From: a virus
Virus record (IMG/VR): IMGVR_UViG_3300049216_000067
DNA: 64,000 bases
Strand: one strand, 5' to 3'
Part shown: piece by piece, positions 18,531 through 29,335 of the stretch
How the letters are laid out: each line of letters starts with the position of its first letter
How positions within the stretch are numbered: position 1 is the first letter of the stretch
Translations under genes and position numbers: made by a program
Notes under the pieces: model-generated
What the model saw: only the letters and a program-made list of their open reading frames with translations
What the model was told of the DNA's origin: nothing
Databases searched by the model: none

Positions 18531-20159
18531 TTAGACAAGTTGATCAGCAACTCGCTTGTTTAATGACTTGGGATCACCAACTGGCTTTTGTTCTTTAACT
18601 TTGCCATCAGCACCCATTTGTGGAGGTGGCTCGCCTGGTGGTGGGCCACCCATTAATGCGCCAGATTCCTTCTCCATGTCCTTGGCTTCTTTGTTGATTT
18701 GCTTCTTTTCGACAGCAATTTCTTCTTCATCCATACAAAGGATGTTTTTCTGAACCCAAAGGTGACTGTAATACTTGCCAACAAACGGATCGACCAACAT
18801 CAACGTGTTGATTCGATTTGTGATCATCTCGGCTTCTTTTAATTCTGTAAAATTGTTGTCAGTCTCAAATCGATACTGAACATCCTGCTTCATTTCTGCC
18901 CATTCATCTAGGGTACAAACACCCTTAAGAACAAGCTGACGCTTTAATAGTTCATCAAACAAAATAGAGAAACGGTTACGAAGTTTTTGAACAAACTTGT
19001 CAAACTTAATTTCATCACGGCTGATTTCAGAACTACGACCAAGGTTAAACCCTGTACCGGCTTCAAGACGGCTAATAGGAACGTTCAAAGCACGGTATAG
19101 CTTCTTTTCAAAGTACAACACAGCATCCATGTTGTCGAAACCTTGACCGGCAGGAAGGGTTGTAATTTCAGTTGACTTGCTGTCACCACCACGACGCGGC
19201 ATCCAGAAGTCTTCAAGCATAGAAAAGTGTTTACGGTCATCACGGATTTCACCAGTACCGGCGTCATAAACCAATTTGTTACGGAACTTGGTCATGACAT
19301 CTTTCAAATATTGTTCTGCTTTAGCACGCGGCATGTTGCCAACGTCTACGTAAAACACACGCCTTTCAGGCGCTCTCGTGACCTTATAAATGACCGTTGC
19401 ATCTTCGATGAATCTAAGCTGATTCATAGGGCGAATCGCTTTATGAAGGTAACTTAAGACCGTTGATTTGGCCGGATCAAATAAGCCAGAAGTTAAATGG
19501 ATAACAGAGTCTTCAGATAGCTTTACGCCACCCGCAAAGTTACCGATAATTTGTGGAGTTTGAATGTTGTTGTTAACAATCTTTTCGTTGTAAAGATAGA
19601 ACACTTCGATCTTGGTAATAACATCAACACCGTCTGCGTTCTTTTGTTTTGTGATATTACGAATCTTACGGATACGACGTGGGTCAATGAAGATCAATTG
19701 TTGGATACCGTCACGAGGTTTGTCTGGATCAATAACCACATTCCAATACGCACGACCATCGACATACCATCTACGAAAAATTTCGGAACCAAACTTATTG
19801 AAGTCTAAAAGTTTGAGAACGTTGCCGAACTCATCGCGAATAAGCTTTTTGATGTTGTCTGGTTGATCTAGATCATCAAGAACAATGTCTACAACCTTAC
19901 CGTGCTCGTCATGGACGATAGCTTCGTTAATAATATCGTCAATGGCATTTTCCATTTCTGGCTGCATAGCCATCGTGCGGTACTTAGAAAGAAGGTCAAC
20001 TTCACTTCTGTAGCTGCCATCAAGGTCAACATATATTCCGTAATGCGCGCCAGAATTTATATTGACTGCACCGTCATCTAATGCAGGAGAAACTACACTT
20101 TCAGGGATTTCTTTTTCGTCATCCCTTGCAATAGTGAAGCCGAATAGCTTTAAAGCCAT
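18531..20159 (-). CDS. gp20: Portal protein
   Basis: WYVDGR, RAPERRVFYVDVGNMP, MLEDFWMPRR, LYRALNVP. Confidence 0.98.
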   Translation of the reverse strand: MALKLFGFTIARDDEKEIPESVVSPALDDGAVNINSGAHYGIYVDLDGSYRSEVDLLSKYRTMAMQPEMENAIDDIINEAIVHDEHGKVVDIVLDDLDQPDNIKKLIRDEFGNVLKLLDFNKFGSEIFRRWYVDGRAYWNVVIDPDKPRDGIQQLIFIDPRRIRKIRNITKQKNADGVDVITKIEVFYLYNEKIVNNNIQTPQIIGNFAGGVKLSEDSVIHLTSGLFDPAKSTVLSYLHKAIRPMNQLRFIEDATVIYKVTRAPERRVFYVDVGNMPRAKAEQYLKDVMTKFRNKLVYDAGTGEIRDDRKHFSMLEDFWMPRRGGDSKSTEITTLPAGQGFDNMDAVLYFEKKLYRALNVPISRLEAGTGFNLGRSSEISRDEIKFDKFVQKLRNRFSILFDELLKRQLVLKGVCTLDEWAEMKQDVQYRFETDNNFTELKEAEMITNRINTLMLVDPFVGKYYSHLWVQKNILCMDEEEIAVEKKQINKEAKDMEKESGALMGGPPPGEPPPQMGADGKVKEQKPVGDPKSLNKRVADQLV

Positions 20160-20178
20160 AATATAATCCTTTCAAAAA

Positions 20179-20745
20179 TTAGACTGCTGCTGGTTGATAA
20201 TCTCCAGCGCCAGCAGAAAGAAAGTACTGAACTGCAAGAGTTACAGTAAATTCTTCGACTTGATCATTGCTGCCCCAATCAAGTTCAATTGGAGAAACAT
20301 CCGTTGGCCAAATGCCAATGAACTGATACTGATTGATTTGAGTGCCGTCTTTACCGTACTGAGTAACGGTAGCATCAACACCGTAACCACCGTCGATGAT
20401 TTCAGCAGCAGTATTACGAACGTTAAGAACTGGATCGTTAATACCATTTGCCCATTGTTCAAATGCTGAACGAATGGTGAAGTTTTCATCGTTGATAACC
20501 TGAATTGTCCAGTCTTGATATTGACGGTTTCCAGCAAGCTTCACTTCCCTACCGAAATAGTAAAGTGGAGCGGTGCCGATTGTCGTACCTGGAAGCTGAG
20601 CAGCTTTAGCCTGGAAAGTTACCAATTGACCTGCTTGACCCGCCAAATTGACGTAAGAAGGGAATGGAAGTTGAATATCGAACAAGTTGGCACGAGCACC
20701 ATCACCTGTAAGATTAGTCCTAAATTGAGTTACATCGAATGACAT
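20179..20745 (-). CDS. gp19: Tail tube protein
   Basis: GARANLF, AQLPG, YFGREVKLAG and WPTDVSPIELDW. Confidence 0.95.
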   Translation of the reverse strand: MSFDVTQFRTNLTGDGARANLFDIQLPFPSYVNLAGQAGQLVTFQAKAAQLPGTTIGTAPLYYFGREVKLAGNRQYQDWTIQVINDENFTIRSAFEQWANGINDPVLNVRNTAAEIIDGGYGVDATVTQYGKDGTQINQYQFIGIWPTDVSPIELDWGSNDQVEEFTVTLAVQYFLSAGAGDYQPAAV

Positions 20746-20769
20746 GTTATCTCCTGATTCCCTTATTTA

Positions 20770-22509
20770 TTACGCGATTCCAGACTGGCCAATAACTTCG
20801 TTGAAGCTGACTCCAGTTGCCACAGCAACGAAGTTCAACAAAATGAAGTTGATAGAACGGGCTGGCTGAACATAGATGTCACCAACGAATTGGTTAGCAT
20901 CGATAACTTCAGGTGTGTTGTTTGTGGTGTCGCAAACAACCTGGAACGCAGTGATACCACGCTGACCCTGGATCGTTCTCAAATATGGGTTGATCAAACT
21001 GACAAACTGAGCACGAGTGAACGTGTCGTTGAATTCGAACAAGCTAGAACGTGCTGCAAGGCTAATCTGTTGTTCCATGACAATAAACAAACGACGCACG
21101 TTAATGTGGCTGAATGCAGAGTCATAGTTCAAGTGGGTCTTGTCACCGTAAAGAAGTGTTCCCTGGCCTGGAAGAGAAACAACCGGGTTGATTCCTGCCT
21201 GGTAAAGAGCATCACGGTCAGTTTGACCTGGGTTGTAAGCCAACTTCACAACGTTGTTGATCACACCACGCTGAAGACCAGCTGGAGACCACCATGGAGC
21301 GTTGGTTTGGTCGGTACGAGCGCAAAGACCAGCGATATCGCCGTTCAATGGAGTGTAACGGTACTTGTCGTTGTACTTGTCGTAACGGTACTTGTAACCG
21401 GTATCAAGAACAGCGTAAGAGTTGTAAGCAACATTTGCACCCCAAGCAAGTACTGGAGCAAGAGCACCAGAAGATGTTTGATCAGCACTCAATGGAGCAG
21501 AACAGAATGCAACACAGTCCTTACGAACCGCAGCAACGTCTTGAATAGCGTAGTTCTGGACAACAGTGTTAGAAGTACCTGTCATCAACAAGTTAACTTG
21601 AACGAAGGTAGGATCTGCAAACAATCCAAGACCAGTTACCACGTTAGCAGAAGTTACTACACCGTTGTTTCCATTAGCAAATTGTGCAACGTTTGCGCTT
21701 GCATCGTTACCGAATGAACCGGTTCCAATTTGTTGTGCTGTAGTGTTACCCCAACCAACAGTGTTAGAGCAAGGAACACCAACGTTGTAAATATAGTTAG
21801 ATTGAGACCAAATGACTTCTTTGTAATAGTTTGCGTTACCGTATGCGTCAAGACCGTCCTTAAGACGAGAAAGACCTTGGTAAACTTCAAGAACACTGTT
21901 TGCCTTGCCGGTGATCAAACCACCAGCATCCACAACAAGGATGTGAAGTTCGTCTCCTGTAACCTGACCATTGGTGACCTGAGCTACGTAAGGAGTTGTG
22001 TTTGGTGCCCATGAGAAATAGTTCGCATAGGTGTAGTAAGGGCTGGATGGGTTAGTAGCTGCCGCAGTCCATGCTGCACCGTTAGCGAATGTGATAACTG
22101 CAATGCTGTTTCCAAGACCGCCAGGGAAACGAGCAATGTAGTTGTTAGAAGCAAGTGTTGTATTATAGATACCGTTAAAATAAATTGTTGGGTTATCGAT
22201 TTCGATAGCCACACCAGTGTTAGAACCGGTAGCATTCAACATGCCCGTACCTTGAGCACGAACAACATTCAAATTGTTAGAGTAAGACAAAAAGTCAGCA
22301 GCTGTGAAAAAGCTTTCTGCTGTTGTGTCGTCAGGATCAGAGAAGATAGAATCTAATTGAACTTCGTTACTTACCGGAGTCACATAGTTAACTGGACCCC
22401 AATTGAATGTACCAACAAAGCCACCAATAGAGGTTGCAACCGCTGGAATGGAAGTGGTTAGATCTGTTTCTGTAGTGCTGATGCCGGGACTGACAGGGAA
22501 ATTTGCCAT
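20770..22509 (-). CDS. gp18: Tail sheath protein
   Basis: SPGISTTETDLT, WWSPAG, INVRRLF, PARSINFI; CTAAATA at 22539-22545. Confidence 0.97.
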   Translation of the reverse strand: MANFPVSPGISTTETDLTTSIPAVATSIGGFVGTFNWGPVNYVTPVSNEVQLDSIFSDPDDTTAESFFTAADFLSYSNNLNVVRAQGTGMLNATGSNTGVAIEIDNPTIYFNGIYNTTLASNNYIARFPGGLGNSIAVITFANGAAWTAAATNPSSPYYTYANYFSWAPNTTPYVAQVTNGQVTGDELHILVVDAGGLITGKANSVLEVYQGLSRLKDGLDAYGNANYYKEVIWSQSNYIYNVGVPCSNTVGWGNTTAQQIGTGSFGNDASANVAQFANGNNGVVTSANVVTGLGLFADPTFVQVNLLMTGTSNTVVQNYAIQDVAAVRKDCVAFCSAPLSADQTSSGALAPVLAWGANVAYNSYAVLDTGYKYRYDKYNDKYRYTPLNGDIAGLCARTDQTNAPWWSPAGLQRGVINNVVKLAYNPGQTDRDALYQAGINPVVSLPGQGTLLYGDKTHLNYDSAFSHINVRRLFIVMEQQISLAARSSLFEFNDTFTRAQFVSLINPYLRTIQGQRGITAFQVVCDTTNNTPEVIDANQFVGDIYVQPARSINFILLNFVAVATGVSFNEVIGQSGIA

Positions 22510-22573
22510 TGGTAGAAACTCCTAATGAAATACGTTTTTATTTAGGAATATGAAACCCTTGGCCCAATAAAGG

Positions 22574-22599
22574 AAAAAGCCAGGTGGAAGTCCCTGGCT
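22574..22599 (-). terminator. Intrinsic terminator ending the accessory-region transcript before gp18
   Basis: AGCCAGG-GACTTCCA-CCTGGCT-TTT on the minus strand. Confidence 0.75.
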
Positions 22600-22626
22600 C
22601 GGCCTGCGAAGCATTTTATTTAGAAG

Positions 22627-25600
22627 TTATCTCTGTTTCTTAAGAAGACCGGTCTTTTCAGGTAACTCGGTACGGTTATTAAAATCAATATCCCAGCGAG
22701 CAGAGACTTCATCAAAAGATTTCTTGCAAGCAGGACACATCTTAATAAACCTGACAGCATCTACCTCACAACCACAAGGTTCTTTCCAGCTGACACCTTT
22801 CTTCTTTCTCATATATTAAAGTCTTTCCTTTTAAGATCAGGTTTCCAGTGGCATTGAGACCATTCGACAATCTTATTAGATTCTAGGTTTCGAAAGTATT
22901 GTAATCGTTCTTCTTCGTCAACCTTTTCGACATGGCCAACTTCTATGGCCCATAGGCCATCACCAATCTTAATTTTAATAACACGGCAGTCTAATCTTGA
23001 ATGGATATACTCTTCTGAGATACAAAGAGCTAATGTCCCGTTCCATTCGTCTTCAGGTTTACGGAGATCTACAATTCGAACCACATCATGAATGGCAAGC
23101 ATAGAAGACTCCTAATTGAGGTTATCTTCATATACTTATCAAAACGGGTTGTCATCTGGTGGATCTTTTTCTATACGGGCCTCGACCATGGCACCGTAAG
23201 CAGATAACCAAAAGAAAAATGCAAATGCTATTAAAAACCAGAAATAGGTTGGTTCTTTTTGTTGAAGTGCTGATACGAACTTTTCTGCTGCTGCCAAACT
23301 AGCCAACACGACCGAAATAACCCAATAAGAATAAAATTTCACTTATTAGCCTCCGTTAAAAAAATGGGAACATGCGTGTTAGCTAACTCGGTAGCGTCTG
23401 TATGGTCATTAGAAGCCTTCTGAGCGGCTTCCAGCCTTCTACCCCTAGTAAAGGCCCACCAGGTCCCTAGATAGGCTCCTAAGGCTCCATCGATAACCAC
23501 CCAATGATTGGAAAGCCAGATCTGAGTTGAGAAAGTTCCGGCAAGAATAATCATAGCTGACCAAAACGCCGCAGGGTGCGGTTTCTTTTCAGCAGATCGC
23601 ATATTGTAATTTGCCCAGAAAACATCAACAACTAAAGTGATGCTAAAAACGGCAACGTGGGAAAGAACAGTAGTCCAATTCATAATCAATCCTCAATGAG
23701 CTTAAAACTATCCTCTAAACGACCAACACAGGAAGACAATATAGCATGATTATGAATATTCTGAAAACCATAATAGTAATCGTCTCCACCATGAACTAAA
23801 CCAAACAATCTATAGGTTTTGCCGGTGAAGTTGTCTTTAAACTTCTTTCCTATTAAGTGATCATATTTTTGACAATTTCTCGCCAATTTCCTTCACAAAT
23901 ACATTTATTTTTCATACATGTCCGGAAGTTTGTTCTTTTGGTTTTCTTTCAATAATTTTAATGGGTCGAAAGTTAGGATACTTCATAGATTCGCCACCGT
24001 TACATTCTTTACAAATCCATTCATCCCAAAATTTGGTTTGTCTTTTATATTCGTTTTCACTGATATCCATACATAAGGCAATTCCACATTCATTACAAAT
24101 TGGTGTTAATCCACCAGGCATTGTACTGTCATGTATATGTACACCCATTACTACTCCAATGTTGACCCAGAACGATCCACCCAATCAATGCAGTCGTCTG
24201 CCTTAGGATGAGCATTCATGTGATGTTGATTAGATCGAACGCACCATCCAAGAGGTTTCGTTTCCGACGATCCGCGCCCACAAACGGCGCAAGGAATGTT
24301 GCTTCCGGATGGCGAACCCTCGCACCCGTAGCAGCTTGTTTCGCCGGTTTGAAATGATCGCGGTCGTTTATCTTTCGTTTCCAAAGGCAGTGCCTCCGTC
24401 AACCAATCAATTAATCGGCCCGCAGTCTCGGTATCAATTGACGAGCAATCAAACTCAAAAACAATTCTAGTAGGGTCAGTACGGTCTACGTAGGCCACGC
24501 TCTCGCCGTCTTCAATATGAAATGTCGGCACGTTGCGAAATACTTTATCCATACTTATCACCATTGTCAACCTGTCTGGCTCTGTCGCTTGTATTCCATC
24601 TGTCCTGTGTTGTTTGCAAGTGCAACGTTCAACAGTCATTTTCGATTGCTCAGCATCCCACTGAAGCTTGTGTCGAATTTTGCAACCAAAACATGTACTC
24701 GTTCCTCCAGCAGGCGTGACTGCCGGTGTTGTTATTTCCATGTTGGATCGTCTTAATAATGGTGTCGGTATTGACCGCTTACCGCATGCATTAACGCTTA
24801 GCCACCCACAACTGAAGTAAAAATCCTATTACCTCTACAACCAAAAAAACATAAAGATACCCATAAAATTCTCCTTCAAATTAATCCGATTACTATTATG
24901 TAGGGATCTTGATTTAATCGCAAGTATCAAGTAATATGTTACTCATTAATCACCTTTTGTTAGTGAGACACAATGTCATGCTTACTCTTTATGTAACCAC
25001 ACATATGCACAAAATATTTTTCTGGCGCGTTACAACAGGCGATCATGCAACAAAAAACAAGAGAACAACACGCCATGATAGCCAGCGGCAATGTCCCGAC
25101 TGGTTCTCTGCGGGACGATTGTAGATGTATCCCCATCCCATGAACTCGTGACCGTATTCGAGTAGCGGCTTTCAAACGATTTCAGCGCAAACCGCTCCTG
25201 CACCACATCAAATTCAGTGTGCCCATGCGGTTTGTCGTGGCCGCAAACATCGCATTTTGAGGTGCCTTCCGTCATTTCACTTCTCCGCTGGAAGTAGTCG
25301 CAGCCATTTCAAGATCAATAATTTCATCAAGCTGCGAGCCGTTCAACCAATCTACACAAGCGACGCTGCCTTGATGGAAGTTGGTGCATTTGACTCCACG
25401 AATCAATGTTCCGTTAAAATCTGGCAGCATTGGTTTGTTCCAATGATCGGTATCACGCAACCATCGGTATCGAGCAGCGTCTGTAGCGTCATCACTCATA
25501 GGTTATCCACAATTTGCTCTTTTTTCGGGTGCAGCAATCAACGGCTTGATATCTTTGATTCCTTGACGTTCCAAAAAATACCTAGCCTTAGCAATTTTGT

Positions 25601-27932
25601 CGTCCAAAATGGCGACTTCAGTCACAGTCTGAACAATTTGCTTAGAGTCGTCGTTAAGTTTCTGCTTAGCAACCGTCTTATGGAATTGAATTATCATTAC
25701 GCAGCCTCGCTTTGGTTATGGACATGCTGAACGTAAGCTTTCATCAGGCTTGGGCGATCCACGGTGCCAACTTCGTAGCTGACTCGATTCGGATCAGTGG
25801 TCAAACGACCATGAGCGGTAAAACGCTCGACGGTAGCGAATCGATGAGCATTCTCAGCTGCGTAGGCCAGAAAACGATCCAATTCGCGCCGTTGACCAAG
25901 AATCTTCACTTCCATAATTTCTTCGTTCATATGTTTCTCCTGTAAGTGACTAGGTAGGTCTACTATACACGGTTCTTTAATAGGAACAAGAACTAGGTCT
26001 CATTCCTAATATGAAATTCTACGACAAACCCTATTATGGTAAGTAATGCAAGAACACAGGTGATGATTAGGGATATTTTCTTACCCCAAAGCCTTTCTGC
26101 GATTTCTAGAACCTTGGCAAATCCAAGGCATGTTAACACTAGGAGGATAAATCTAGACACTATTACAACAATGTATTCGACAAGCATAAGTTTCCCCTAA
26201 CTTTTAAAAATCTTACTGTAAATATAATACAGGATCGTAAACATAAAATCAGCTACTGTTATAATTAAGGACAGACCAAATATAGCAATAGCAAATACAA
26301 ATGCTACAAGAATTTCACCGAGTGCTTGCAATAGCGTCATTTACTTTCTCAGTGAACCCATCACACTTTTCAAGCCAGACTGGATCATAATTAAAGGGAT
26401 GAGCAAACCAACCGTGAGCGATACCGTGTGAATTACCTACAACCTTAATCGCGTTAGGAAAATAGTCATTCGCTTTTATGTAAGGTGCTTGCTTACCTAA
26501 AAGTCCCATCAATACGGCAATTGGATCTTCATTGAGTGCCTTCAATGAAGGGTGATGGCACGATGAATGTGAATTGCCGGGAATGCCCTGGCGATGTACA
26601 CATTTGTAACAATTTGGTTTACTCATGCTCAGATCCTCTGTCAGACTGTGATGCGACGCGCTGTACTGTTTACTCATCATTTGTGGCATCTTCAAGGAGA
26701 GCAGCATCGATGCGCCTAACCACACGAATCATGATGAAACATGAAACGTAACCGGCAACAAAGCCAGTGAAAAATGTCCAGTTCATACACGTACTCCTTT
26801 CTTTTGAAGATTGTCGATATCGGTCTTCGCAATGTTAATCTTCCGCGCTATTTCGTCCCTTTCTTCCTGGGTCTTACCAGTAAGAACGCCCAATTGACCC
26901 AACATCTTCAGGTTGGCTTCACGACGCACCAAGGCACCTTGACGACGCTTGGAAATACGTTTCGCGCTATTGACTCTCATTACAGTCCTCCGTCGATTGT
27001 TACTTTGATCGTTCTCTGACCCTTAAGACGTTTGCGCACAGTCTCTATCATTTGATTGTTAAAGTCAATATGCGATTCAACATCTCCATAATGGCGATCC
27101 ACTTCATTTGAGTAAGAAAGCCACTTATTGATTTCGATCAAATGTGAAAACAACTTCCCAGACAGGATTCTACCGGCATTTGCACGATTAGTCTGTTCGA
27201 GAAGCTGTGCTTCCAATTCCTCGATGCGAAGATCTTTACGGGTTTTCTTACCCATAAGAATTCAGCTGAGAAAGGAGCTTATCTCTCTTAGCTCGCAATT
27301 CGTGAATCTCAGTATCCGTAGAACCCCTAGGACCTTGTTTCGCGTGCAAGCGAAGAAGCTTATTCAAACGATTGGAAATCTCTGCCAACTCCCAACGAAG
27401 TTGAATTTTTGTGTCCATGGTAAAATCACGTTGAGAAAGCATTAGACGGCTCCTTCCAAATCAAGTTGATATTCGATGAAACCTTGCGACTCAGCATTGC
27501 CGCTAGGACAATTACCATCCGGCCTAATGGCACGAGCAAATTCAGCAAAAGCCGCTTCAATCTCTTTGGGTGTCCCACCAGGACCACCATTGCGCCAAGG
27601 ACGAATCGTAGTGATTCCATCCTCTACGACTATTCTTTCAGATTTCTTGAAAAGATTCTTTGTTCGCTTTCCAGAAAAAACATGAATAGTCAATTGAACT
27701 GTCATTTTTCCTCCACTTTCTTTGTTGGTGAGATTAACCAAACAGTAAGACGATTACCATAGATAAACAGGTAGTTGCTCAAAATAACAACTAAATTACC
27801 CGGAATTCTTAGGACCATTGCAATAAACGCAGTCACCAAAGCCAATATCAATAAAACAACTGCTGCAAGGAATAATACTATCCTCATAAAATAATTCAAT
27901 AGAGAAGCAATCAATGTCAAAGCAAACTTCAT
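22627..27932 (-). other. Array of about 20 small hypothetical ORFs (membrane proteins, Cys-rich Zn-ribbon proteins, one Ead/Ea22-like ORF at 25272-25499)
   Basis: Abutting minus-strand ORFs with RBSs; CxxC motifs; DAARYRWLRD motif; sigma70-like promoters near 24895-24923 and 25962-25989. Confidence 0.6.
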
Positions 27933-28372
27933 AGTAGGTCCTTTAATTCTAGATACATGGAATGATACTTGGCAATCCTTTTGATATCCTTTTCGGTGAT
28001 ACCCTTCAATCTACGAATATCACTATTGTGTCGTAAATCGGCTAATTTGACACGAATAGCATCCTTACCGTTTTTCTTGATGCCCTCAAGATACTCTTCT
28101 GAAGTTTGCCCTGGCATCTTAGTCATGGCAGATATTCCACTTACGATTCGTTTAGTGAAACCCATGTCATATAATGACTGGAATGTCACATCGGTATCCT
28201 CAATCAAATCGTGACCGAGAGCAATGCATTGAAGTTCTTCGTCATCTGTTTTGGTGTAATACATGACCTTTAGGCAATGTAAAACATATGGCTGACCTGC
28301 CTTGTCGTAAACACCTTCAAATTTGTTGGTGACCAGCACCAACATTTTGTTTAACATTTCACCTTTGTTCAT
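27929..28372 (-). CDS. HD-domain protein resembling small alarmone ((p)ppGpp) hydrolases
   Basis: DKAGQPYVLH, ALGHDLIEDT and IRVKLADLRHN motifs. Confidence 0.8.
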   Translation of the reverse strand: MNKGEMLNKMLVLVTNKFEGVYDKAGQPYVLHCLKVMYYTKTDDEELQCIALGHDLIEDTDVTFQSLYDMGFTKRIVSGISAMTKMPGQTSEEYLEGIKKNGKDAIRVKLADLRHNSDIRRLKGITEKDIKRIAKYHSMYLELKDLL

Positions 28373-28407
28373 AGACCTATCCTAATATTATTAAATTGAA
28401 AAGTCAA

Positions 28408-29298
28408 CTACATTGGGTGATAAAAATTAACATCGTTTTTAAGCAGTCTAACATTACAATCTGGACATAATCCATTATCCGGAACATCCCACATATTCCA
28501 AATGTTGTAAGTTCTCGAACACTTTAATTGATTAGGAATAAAACCCGATTTATCGTGTGTCCAAGCATCTACATATGGATGATAATACATTATTTCACTA
28601 CAATCTGGGCAATGTTTTTCACCTGACAGAGGGTTAATAAGACCGACTCCCGCTTCTTGACCGTAGATGACTCTATGACAAGTTTTGGGTATGATTTTGT
28701 TTAGTGGGTGATACCATTGATTTGTTTCCAGATCAAAATCTAGTCTTTGATTACACTCTGGACACATTTTTCTGTCTGGAACATCTGATTCTGTCCATGT
28801 CTTATGGAGTTCAGGACAGGCTTTAAATTGACCTCTTTTATGAACCCAAATTTCAACATCCGGGTAAGCCGGATCGATGTGGAGATAACGTTTTTCATTA
28901 CAAGCTGGGCATCTGTCGCCAGCTGGGTATTGATCATCAATACAATTACCACTAACATCGATTTTCTGTTCTTCTGGAAAAAAAAGGTCTAATGGCTTGC
29001 CTTCATATTTGGCTTTAACGACCCAACCGCTTCGTTTGATTATTTCGAAACCTAGCTCTTTAAGGTTTTCTAATAAACCAGCTTCATCAATTACACTTAT
29101 TTGACGAATGCGGTAAAACAGGATGTCAGCGTCTTTACGACGACCATCCTTGTAAAGGCATCCACCGGTTAAAGCAACGTGACAGCCGTACTTGGGTGCT
29201 ATAGGTTCGATCAAACGACACATTTCGACCGCACTATCTAGATCCCAGACATAAAGTCTGTCTTTTTCCAATAAAGCGGTCAAATGTTCAATAATCAT
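28408..29298 (-). CDS. Nucleotidyltransferase-like domain fused to repeated CPxC Zn-ribbons
   Basis: LTGGCLY...KDAD and LDLFF motifs; four CPxC repeats, three followed by W-x-H. Confidence 0.55.
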   Translation of the reverse strand: MIIEHLTALLEKDRLYVWDLDSAVEMCRLIEPIAPKYGCHVALTGGCLYKDGRRKDADILFYRIRQISVIDEAGLLENLKELGFEIIKRSGWVVKAKYEGKPLDLFFPEEQKIDVSGNCIDDQYPAGDRCPACNEKRYLHIDPAYPDVEIWVHKRGQFKACPELHKTWTESDVPDRKMCPECNQRLDFDLETNQWYHPLNKIIPKTCHRVIYGQEAGVGLINPLSGEKHCPDCSEIMYYHPYVDAWTHDKSGFIPNQLKCSRTYNIWNMWDVPDNGLCPDCNVRLLKNDVNFYHPM

Positions 29299-29313
29299 AA
29301 TATAAAGTTCTCA

Positions 29314-29333
29314 CAAAGGCCCTTTCAGGGCCA
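29314..29333 (-). terminator. Short intrinsic terminator after the GH5 gene
   Basis: GGCCCT-GAA-AGGGCC-TTTG on the minus strand. Confidence 0.55.
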
Positions 29334-29335
29334 AA

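Noticed and set aside
20890-21717. Long plus-strand ORFs antisense to gp18, gp23 and other core genes
   Set aside because: Shadow frames of strongly codon-biased genes, with no RBS or recognisable motifs
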